64,000 nucleotides of DNA from an uncultured Sphingobium sp. (lineage in GTDB: Bacteria; Pseudomonadota; Alphaproteobacteria; Sphingomonadales; Sphingomonadaceae): positions 23,765 through 87,764 of the forward strand of contig CAZEHR010000014.1 in NCBI GenBank assembly GCA_964512265.1, read 5' to 3'. The translations under genes and the position numbers were made by a program. The notes beneath the pieces were generated by a model. The model was not told the origin of the DNA and did not search any database. It saw only the letters and a list, made by a program, of their open reading frames with translations. How positions within the stretch are numbered: position 1 is the first letter of the stretch; the number at the start of each line of letters is the position of its first letter. Positions 40,647 to 48,256 of the stretch are shown here, in pieces.

Positions 40647-41633
40647 TTACTGGGCGGCGGGCTGCGCCCCGGCGGGTGCGTTGGAAGACGCCGCGTCATC
40701 CAGCACGCGCTGCGTCGCAGGACTGAGCGAAACGGGCGCTCTCGCCGCAGGGCGCGCTGGGGCGGCGCTCGTCGTTGACGCAGGCGGGGCAGTGGGCGCG
40801 GTTGCGTTGGGTATTGGGGTTGCCGGCGCGCCAGAGGCCGGTGCGGCAGGCCGGGCCAGCAGCGCGGCGGCGCTGATCGGCACGTCCGCGATCGTCTTTT
40901 CCGGCGGGCCGAGCGGCGCAACGGGTTTACCGCCCACGGTCACCGCCAGCGCGTCGGGCCGCCCGGTGAGTATCATCGGGTTGTTGGCCAGCGCGGGGAC
41001 GGTATAGCTTTCACCCTGTTTCATCTGCTTTTCAAGCAGGCGCAATCCCGCCGCATCATAGACGCGTAGCCAAACGTCCTGCCTGGCAGTCAGCACCACC
41101 GGGCCGCTCGCCGGCTGGGGTAACGCGGGCGTGACCTGCTCCTGGCGCTGCACCGAGCCGGCCTGTTCGCTCGCGCGGTTGGCAAGGTCAGACACTTCCT
41201 GATCGGTGGAGGCGGAGAAGAACTGTGTGCGCCAAACAGCATAAATGGTGCCGAGGATCAGCGCCAGAAGGGCGGAGGCCCATGCCAGCTTGCGGGGCGG
41301 AATCCGCGCCGGATCGACCGGCTCGAACATCTCGTAGCGGTCGGTCGGGTCCGCGGCGCCCAGTTCTTCACGCACGCCCCGCGCGATGTCCACCTCGTCG
41401 GCGCCCACGGCGCGCGCATAGGCGCGGGCAAAGCCAACAGCATAGGGTGTGCCGGGGAGTGAAGCGAAGTCGCTGCGGTCTATGGCTTCCAGTTGGCGCT
41501 GGGCAATGCGGGTGACTTCCGCCACCTGCGCGATCGTCATGCCCCGCTCTTCGCGGGCGGCGCGCAGTACGTCGCCTGGCCGATCCGGCATCATTTCGGC
41601 TGCGCGCTCAAAATCCAGAACAATGTCATTCAC
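40647..41633 (-). CDS. RodZ-like protein (HTH, TM, DUF4115)
   Basis: GDVLRAAREERGMTIAQVAEVTRI...YAVGFARAYA, one TM helix, periplasmic DVWLRVYD...LTGRP. Confidence 0.8.
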   Translation of the reverse strand: MNDIVLDFERAAEMMPDRPGDVLRAAREERGMTIAQVAEVTRIAQRQLEAIDRSDFASLPGTPYAVGFARAYARAVGADEVDIARGVREELGAADPTDRYEMFEPVDPARIPPRKLAWASALLALILGTIYAVWRTQFFSASTDQEVSDLANRASEQAGSVQRQEQVTPALPQPASGPVVLTARQDVWLRVYDAAGLRLLEKQMKQGESYTVPALANNPMILTGRPDALAVTVGGKPVAPLGPPEKTIADVPISAAALLARPAAPASGAPATPIPNATAPTAPPASTTSAAPARPAARAPVSLSPATQRVLDDAASSNAPAGAQPAAQ

Positions 41634-41870
41634 ATCCTCGCCCCTACACAGGGGCCGCTGTAGCGACCTCTTATTGTGTCCCTTGCCCTTTGCCCCACAC
41701 CCATGCGCACCCCGGCGCCCGGCGGACCGCACGAAAATTCACATGCGCGGGCGGAACTGTCAACGAGAGCACAAGCGCCTCATCGCCAGAGTCGCGCCGT
41801 TAATCGCGCGGGCAGGTATAAAATGTGCGTTTTTTTGCTGTCAAACCCGTTAACTTCTTGGGGAAAGGCC

Positions 41871-44144
41871 CTAGTTGAGGTCCACGGGCGCCTGCGCCGC
41901 ATAGTCGAGCAGCGCCAGCCGCATGTCAGCCGGTGCCTTCACGATCATCTGCTGGACCGCCTCGGCCAGGGGAGCCAGTTCCAGCGAGCGTATCATCGCC
42001 TTCACCGGGCCGACTGATGCGGGGGTGATCGACAGGCGGCGGATGCCCAGGCCGACAAGCGCCATGGCCTCGAGTGTGCGCCCACCCATCTCGCCACATA
42101 CGCCGACGGGAATGTTCGCCGCCTCACACGCGCGTACGATGCGGTTCAGGAAGCGCAATATCGCCGGACTCAGCCAGTCATAGCGCTCGGCCAGCTTGGG
42201 GTGTGCGCGGTCTGCCGCGAATAGGAACTGGGTCAGGTCGTTGGTGCCTATCGAGAGGAAATCGAGCTTGGGCAACAAGATGTCCAGCACCTCGGCTAGC
42301 GCAGGTACCTCCAGCATTGCGCCATATTTGATGTTGGCAGGCAGCATTTTGCGCCGTTCGATCAGCCACTGCCGCTGATGTTCGAAAAGCGCGCGCGCGG
42401 CTTCGAACTCCCATGGTTCGGAGATCATCGGGAACATCACATACAGCGTACGCCCCGCCGCCGCTTCCAGCAGTGCGCGGGCCTGCGCCTTCATCAGGCC
42501 GTCGCGTTCCAGGCTTAGGCGCATCGCGCGCCAGCCCATGGCGGGGTTTTCCTCCACCATGTCTTCGTCATGATGGAGATAGGGGAGCGCCTTGTCGCCA
42601 CCGATATCGAGCGTGCGGAAGATAACCGGCCTCTCTCCTGCGGCGTCCATCACGTCCCGGTAGAGTCGCTGCTGCCGCTCGCGCTGTGGCATGGTTGCGG
42701 AAACGAGGAACTGGAACTCGGTGCGGAACAGGCCGATGCCGTCAGCGCCTGTGACATCCAGCGCCCCCACATCGTCACGGAGGCCGGCATTCACCATCAG
42801 CTCGATCTTGACGCCGTCCTTGGTGACGGCGGGCAGGTCGCGCATTTCGGCGAACTTGGCACGACGCTTTTGCCCGAGCTGCAGCTTGCTCTCGAACGCC
42901 TCGTCCATGTCGGGTGAGGGGCGGATGAAAAGCCGGTTCTCGGTCACGTCCATAAGGATGAGGTCGCCCTCGTTAATGAGGTGCCGGACATCGCGCACCC
43001 GGCCGAGCACAGGCACGCCCATCGCGCGAGCAACAATGATGACGTGGGCGGTAAGCGAGCCTTCCTCCAGGATCACACCCTTGAGCCGCCGCCGGTCATA
43101 TTCCAGCAGCTCTGCGGGCCCCAGGTTTCGCGCGACCAGAATTGCGTCTTGCCGCAGGCCCAGTTGGGCTGCTGTACCGAGTTGGCCGGAGACGATACGC
43201 AACAAGCGGTTGGAGAGATCCTCCAGATCGTGCATCCGGTCTTGCAAAAGCGGGTCGTCGATCTGGCGCATGCGCATGCGGGTGCGCTGCTGCACGCGCT
43301 CGATTGCTGCCTCTGCCGTGAGGCCGCTGTCGATCGCCTCGTTGATACGCCTTGACCAGCCCTCGTCATAGGCAAACATCTTGTAGGTGGCGATCACCTC
43401 CTGATGCTCGCCATCCACGCCGAACTCTGATGTGCTGCCGAGAGTGTCAATCTGTTCGCGCATCTTGGTGAAAGCGGAATAGACGCGCGCGCGCTCCGCC
43501 TCCACGTCCTCGGCCACCGTATGCTCGATGGTGACGCGCGGCTGGTGGAACACCGCCTGCCCGCGCGCCATGCCCATCACGAGCTGCAAGCCGGAGGCGA
43601 TCTGTGTGCCGGTCCCGCCGATGCGCACGTCGCTCGGCCCCTCGTCAGCCAAGCCGGCATTGGCGATCAGCTCCGAGAGCACCATCGCTACGGTCTGCAG
43701 CGCTTCGATCTCAATCTCTTCGTAGCGGCGCGGGTCGACATGCTGGACGCAGAGCACGCCGACCGCCTTCTCCCTCCGTACGATCGGCACACCGGCGAAA
43801 CTGTGGAACAGATCTTCGCCTGTCTCCGGGCGATAAGCGAAATCGGGGTGCGCGGCGGCTTCATCGAGGTTCAGCGTCTCGACGTTCTTGGCGATGGTGC
43901 CGACCAGACCTTCGCCGGGGGCAAGGCGAGTGACGTGGACTGCCTCCTGCTTCAACCCGCGGGTCGCGAACAGCTCCATCACTCCTTCGCGCAGCAGATA
44001 GACGGAGCAGACCTCGCTGGAGAGTGCCTCGCCGATGATCTCCACCACCTTGTTCAGCTTGACCTGAGCGTTGGTGCGCGCGGCCATCACCTCATGCAGG
44101 CGGATCAAGATCTGGCGTGCGGCGGCGGCGGGCGTATCAGGCAT
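41871..44144 (-). CDS. ptsP: PTS enzyme I-Ntr (GAF + PEP-utilising domains)
   Basis: GAF domain CSVYL...LFATRGL; SLTAHVII phospho-His; GIGLFRTEF, SIGTNDLTQF. Confidence 0.97.
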   Translation of the reverse strand: MPDTPAAAARQILIRLHEVMAARTNAQVKLNKVVEIIGEALSSEVCSVYLLREGVMELFATRGLKQEAVHVTRLAPGEGLVGTIAKNVETLNLDEAAAHPDFAYRPETGEDLFHSFAGVPIVRREKAVGVLCVQHVDPRRYEEIEIEALQTVAMVLSELIANAGLADEGPSDVRIGGTGTQIASGLQLVMGMARGQAVFHQPRVTIEHTVAEDVEAERARVYSAFTKMREQIDTLGSTSEFGVDGEHQEVIATYKMFAYDEGWSRRINEAIDSGLTAEAAIERVQQRTRMRMRQIDDPLLQDRMHDLEDLSNRLLRIVSGQLGTAAQLGLRQDAILVARNLGPAELLEYDRRRLKGVILEEGSLTAHVIIVARAMGVPVLGRVRDVRHLINEGDLILMDVTENRLFIRPSPDMDEAFESKLQLGQKRRAKFAEMRDLPAVTKDGVKIELMVNAGLRDDVGALDVTGADGIGLFRTEFQFLVSATMPQRERQQRLYRDVMDAAGERPVIFRTLDIGGDKALPYLHHDEDMVEENPAMGWRAMRLSLERDGLMKAQARALLEAAAGRTLYVMFPMISEPWEFEAARALFEHQRQWLIERRKMLPANIKYGAMLEVPALAEVLDILLPKLDFLSIGTNDLTQFLFAADRAHPKLAERYDWLSPAILRFLNRIVRACEAANIPVGVCGEMGGRTLEAMALVGLGIRRLSITPASVGPVKAMIRSLELAPLAEAVQQMIVKAPADMRLALLDYAAQAPVDLN

Positions 44145-44240
44145 AGGGCATGGCTATCAGAAAGCGCCCTGCGATGCCAAGGGGTTGCTGACCCGATGCC
44201 GGACCAGTTTGGACTTAAGGCAGGCTGAGCGGCGCCTTCC

Positions 44241-44612
44241 CTAAAGCAGTTCGCCCTTCCATTTGGCGAGCGCCCGCACCAGCTTGTCAGAGCGTTCGGC
44301 GAATTCGCCGGTGAACAGCTGCTCTGCCTCGCCCTTGCGCGCGCTGATTGCATGGCGCAGCACATTGGCGGCGCTCTTGTGGAACTCCGCGTGGAGGCGG
44401 CGTACCACCTGATAGGGCTTGCCTTGTTTGGTTACGGCGTCGATGGTCTCGCCATGAATCCAGCGGCCGAAGGGGCATTTGTCGTCGCGGCATGCTCTGT
44501 CCGGGTCGATCTCGCTGGTCCCGCTGGACATCGCCACGCGCAGCTTGAGCTTCCACGCACCATGGGCGCCGATGGCGTTATTGATCTGTTCCACCATTTC
44601 GACGTTGGACAC
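44241..44612 (-). CDS. Stand-alone CZB (chemoreceptor zinc-binding) domain protein
   Basis: AHGAWK...DKCPFGRWI...LHAEFH gives the H-C-H-H ligand set. Confidence 0.85.
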   Translation of the reverse strand: MSNVEMVEQINNAIGAHGAWKLKLRVAMSSGTSEIDPDRACRDDKCPFGRWIHGETIDAVTKQGKPYQVVRRLHAEFHKSAANVLRHAISARKGEAEQLFTGEFAERSDKLVRALAKWKGELL

Positions 44613-44687
44613 GCCTCTTCCTTCCTCACCAGAAATCGGTGGGAAGGCGCTTAGCCAAGAATGCTTTAAATCTTCTGAAGACGCCTC

Positions 44688-45668
44688 TCAGCTTACGCCA
44701 AGCGCGGCTTCGGCCTGTTCGATCAATTCGGCGAGGATGGCGGCGACCGGTTCCTCCCGGCTCACCATGCCGACCGATTGCCCCGCCATCAGCGAGCCGT
44801 TCTCGACGTCGCCGTCTATCACCGCGCGGCGCAGCGCACCCGCCCAGTAATGTTCTATCTCGAGCTGCGCGGCCATCATGTCGACCTTGCCGTCGTCCAG
44901 CATCTGCGCCACTTCGCGCTGCTTCGCGGTGAACGCCTCGGTTCCCGCGTTCTTGAGTGCGCGCACGGGGATGACCGGCAGGCGCGGGTCTATCTGTACG
45001 CTGGCAACCGCGTCGCGGGCGTTGGCGCGAATGAACGCCTTCTTGAAATCGGCGTGGGCGATGCTCTCGGTCGCACAGACAAAGCGGGTACCGAGCTGGA
45101 CGCCTGTCGCGCCCATCTTGAGGTAGGAGGCAATCACCTCGCCCCGCCCGATGCCGCCCGCAACGAAGATCGGCAGCTCGGCGGCGAGTTCCGGCAAAAT
45201 CTCCTGCGCCAGCACGGATGTGGCCACCGGGCCAATGTGCCCGCCGGCCTCCATGCCCTCGATGATCAGCGCATCGACGCCGGATCGGACCAGCTTTTTC
45301 GCGAGCGCCAAAGCCGGTGCGAAGCAGATCACTTTCGCTCCACTCGCCTTGATCGCCTCGATGCTGCCCTTGGGCGGCAAACCACCCGCCAGCACGATAT
45401 GCGTCACGCCATGTTTCGCGCACACGGCGATAAGGTCCATCAGCTGCGGGTGCATGGTGATGAGGTTGACGCCGAAGGGCTTGGCGGTGAGGGCCTTGGT
45501 CGCTGCGATCTCGGTGTCGAGCAGTTCGGGCGTCATTGCCCCACAGGCGATGAGGCCGAAGCCGCCCGCATTGCTGACGGCGGCAACGAGATTGCGCTCG
45601 CTCACCCAGCTCATCGCGCCGCAGATGATCGCGACTTCGCTGCCCAGCAGCGCGGTGCCGCGCGCCAT
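44688..45668 (-). CDS. Nitronate monooxygenase / FabK-like flavin oxidoreductase
   Basis: GAMSWVS, KPFGVN, EGMEAGGHIG, AGGIG, GVQLGTRF. Confidence 0.88.
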   Translation of the reverse strand: MARGTALLGSEVAIICGAMSWVSERNLVAAVSNAGGFGLIACGAMTPELLDTEIAATKALTAKPFGVNLITMHPQLMDLIAVCAKHGVTHIVLAGGLPPKGSIEAIKASGAKVICFAPALALAKKLVRSGVDALIIEGMEAGGHIGPVATSVLAQEILPELAAELPIFVAGGIGRGEVIASYLKMGATGVQLGTRFVCATESIAHADFKKAFIRANARDAVASVQIDPRLPVIPVRALKNAGTEAFTAKQREVAQMLDDGKVDMMAAQLEIEHYWAGALRRAVIDGDVENGSLMAGQSVGMVSREEPVAAILAELIEQAEAALGVS

Positions 45669-45688
45669 CAGCGCGCCGAGCGCAGGGC

Positions 45689-46945
45689 TCAAGCGGCCTG
45701 CTCCGCGTCCAGCTCGTATGCAGTGTGAAGCACGCGCACGGCCAGCTCTGTCTCGTCCTCGTCGATCAGCACAGAGACCTTGATCTCGCTGGTCGAGATC
45801 GCCTCGATGTTGATGCCGCGCTCAGCCAGCGTCTTGAACATGATGGCCGCGACGCCCGCATGGCTGCGCATGCCGACGCCGACAACGCTCACCTTCGCGA
45901 TCTCCGTGTCGGTGATCAGGCGGTTGAACCCGATTTCAGCCTTGCGGCTCTCCAATATGTCGACGCTGCGGGCGAGGTCCGCGCGCGGCACGGTGAAGGT
46001 CACGTCCGTTTCGGCGGTGTCCTTGCTGTCATTCTGGATAATCATGTCGACATTGATGCTGGCGTCGGCGAGCGGGCCAAAGATGCTCGCAACCGCGCCC
46101 GGCTTGTCCGGCACACGCGTTACGATGACTTTCGCCTCATTCTTGTCGACCGCGATACCGGTGATGAGCTGACGTTCCATGTCGCTTCCTTCTATTTCCT
46201 CTTCGCCGACGATCAGCGTGCCGGGCAATTCATCCTGAGCGGGGTCCGCAAACGAGCTGAGCACTTGCACCCGCACATTCTCTTTCATGGCGAGGGCGAC
46301 CGAGCGGGTCTGAAGCACCTTAGAGCCGACGGAGGCCAGCTCCAGCATCTCTTCATAGGTGACCATCTTGAGCTTGCGCGCGCGGCTGACGATGCGCGGG
46401 TCGGTGGTGTAGACGCCGTCGACGTCGGTATAGATGTCGCAGCGGTCCGCCTTCACCGCCGCGGCCACGGCCACGGCCGAAGTGTCCGACCCGCCACGAC
46501 CCAGCGTGGATACCCGGCCGTCCTCCATCATGCCTTGAAAGCCGGGGATGACGGCGACCTGACCCCTGCCCATCGCGGCGAGGAGGCCATCGGTCTCGAT
46601 CGTCTCGATCCGTGCCTTGGCGTGGGCCTCGCCAGAGCGGATGGGCAGCTGCCAGCCGAGCCAGCTGCGCGCATCGACGCCCATGGCTTTGAGCGTCATT
46701 GCCAGCAGCCCGCTCGTCACCTGCTCGCCTGCGGCCACGACCACGTCATATTCGGCGGGGTCATATAGCGGGCTGGCCTCCTTGCAGAAACCAACCAGCC
46801 GGTCCGTCTCCCCCGCCATAGCGGAAACGACGACCGCAACCTCGTTGCCCTGCTCGGCCACATATTTGACGCGCGCGGCCACATTGCGAATTCGCTCCAT
46901 CCCCGCCATCGAGGTGCCGCCGAATTTCATCACTATGCGCGCCAT
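45689..46945 (-). CDS. lysC: Aspartate kinase
   Basis: VMKFGGTS, TLGRGGSDTSAV, IYTDVDGVYTTDPR, STSEIKVS. Confidence 0.98.
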   Translation of the reverse strand: MARIVMKFGGTSMAGMERIRNVAARVKYVAEQGNEVAVVVSAMAGETDRLVGFCKEASPLYDPAEYDVVVAAGEQVTSGLLAMTLKAMGVDARSWLGWQLPIRSGEAHAKARIETIETDGLLAAMGRGQVAVIPGFQGMMEDGRVSTLGRGGSDTSAVAVAAAVKADRCDIYTDVDGVYTTDPRIVSRARKLKMVTYEEMLELASVGSKVLQTRSVALAMKENVRVQVLSSFADPAQDELPGTLIVGEEEIEGSDMERQLITGIAVDKNEAKVIVTRVPDKPGAVASIFGPLADASINVDMIIQNDSKDTAETDVTFTVPRADLARSVDILESRKAEIGFNRLITDTEIAKVSVVGVGMRSHAGVAAIMFKTLAERGINIEAISTSEIKVSVLIDEDETELAVRVLHTAYELDAEQAA

Positions 46946-47037
46946 ATTTGCTGCCAGACCCATTTGCCGTTAGGAGGCGGAGAGGCGAGCGCCCTCCGCT
47001 GTGAAAAACCGCGCCGCTATAGTCAGCAAGGATCGAT

Positions 47038-47781
47038 ATGGCAAGCAGCCCGGAGACGACGATCAACCCTTCGGAAGCGCGGCATTTCGGCGCGCTGGCG
47101 GAGGATTGGTGGAACCCCAGGGGCAGCAGCGCGATGCTGCACAAGCTCAATCCTGTGCGCCTGCGCTATATCCGCGCGGCGGTGGATTCGCACTGGGGCG
47201 GGGACGGGCGAGATTTGCGGCCGCTGGAAGGCAGGCGCGCGCTCGATGTCGGCTGTGGCGCGGGGCTGTTGTGCGAGCCGCTGGCACGGCTCGGCGCTCA
47301 GGTGACCGGAATCGATGCGGCAGCGGAAAATATCGCGGCGGCCCGCGCCCATGCCGGGCAACAGGGGCTGACGATCGACTATCGCGCTACCGGGATCGAG
47401 TCGCTCGGCATGGAAGGCGCGTTCGATCTCGTCACCAGTATGGAGGTGATCGAGCATGTGAGCGAGCCTGCGCTGTTCATTCGCGGGTTGACGCAGGCGC
47501 TGGCGCCCGGCGGGCTGATGATCCTGTCAACGCCCAACCGCACCGCGCTCTCGCGCCTCGCCATGATCACGGTCGGTGAGGGGCTGGGCTTCATCCCCAA
47601 AGGCACGCACAACTGGAATCAGTTCCTGCCGCCTGCCGCGCTGGAGGCATTGCTCGCCGATGAGGGGCTGGAGAGCTTCGACATGCGCGGCATAGCCTTC
47701 GATCCGCGCACCGGATTTGCACTCAGCGATAATCTCCAGCTCAACTATATCCTCTGTGCGCGGAAGATCGGCGCGGTTTAG
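47038..47781 (+). CDS. ubiG: Ubiquinone biosynthesis O-methyltransferase
   Basis: LHKLNPVRL, LDVGCGAGLL, MEVIEHV, GTHNWNQF. Confidence 0.96.
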   Translation: MASSPETTINPSEARHFGALAEDWWNPRGSSAMLHKLNPVRLRYIRAAVDSHWGGDGRDLRPLEGRRALDVGCGAGLLCEPLARLGAQVTGIDAAAENIAAARAHAGQQGLTIDYRATGIESLGMEGAFDLVTSMEVIEHVSEPALFIRGLTQALAPGGLMILSTPNRTALSRLAMITVGEGLGFIPKGTHNWNQFLPPAALEALLADEGLESFDMRGIAFDPRTGFALSDNLQLNYILCARKIGAV

Positions 47782-48197
47782 CCCGCGGCAGTATCCTGCT
47801 GCTGGTTGACCATCGCGCGGGCCATCTGCGCCAGCCGGATTTGCATCGCCTCGCCCAGATCGGGGTCGATGGTGCGCTGTTCCGCAATAGCGCGCGCCAT
47901 CGCGTCGGCCCATTGGTCTCCAATCTCGGCCGAAATCGGAAAGGCGCGGTGCAGCGACATTACGCACTTGCCATGCGCGAACCAATCCTTCGGGCCGCCG
48001 GTCCAGGCGTTGAGGAACTGGGTCAATCCCGCCTGCACCGGCCCCAGATCCTCCGCGTGGATCGCGCGTAGCTCCGCATAGGCAGGGTCGTTGCCCATCA
48101 GGTCGTAAAAGCGCGCCACGATGCGCTCGATCATGTCGCTGCCGCCCAGTACTTCATAGGGCGTTGCCGACTTTGTAGTGGGTTGGTCCAAGGTCAT
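47778..48197 (-). CDS. Group II truncated haemoglobin
   Basis: YEVLGG, RFYDLM, FLNAWTGGP, LHRAFPI, W...M. Confidence 0.88.
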   Translation of the reverse strand: MTLDQPTTKSATPYEVLGGSDMIERIVARFYDLMGNDPAYAELRAIHAEDLGPVQAGLTQFLNAWTGGPKDWFAHGKCVMSLHRAFPISAEIGDQWADAMARAIAEQRTIDPDLGEAMQIRLAQMARAMVNQQQDTAAG

Positions 48198-48242
48198 CCT
48201 CCTGCGAGCATGCCCTGATGCACCGGCCGGGAAAAGCCATCC

Positions 48243-48256
48243 TTGACCTCGGTCAA
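48243..48256. promoter_or_regulatory. FNR/FixK-type palindrome upstream of the truncated haemoglobin
   Basis: TTGAC-CTCG-GTCAA, centred about 52 bp upstream of the ATG and overlapping the polA stop codon. Confidence 0.6.

Noticed and set aside
40681-40860. Pro/Ala-rich low-complexity DNA (also in mltA 25115-25230 and cpoB 40060-40200)
   Set aside because: Ordinary flexible linkers or tails; no exact periodic repeat unit
40556-40921. Apparent N-terminal extension of the CpoB-like ORF
   Set aside because: Overlaps the rodZ-like 3' end; the signal peptide starts at MHFITT
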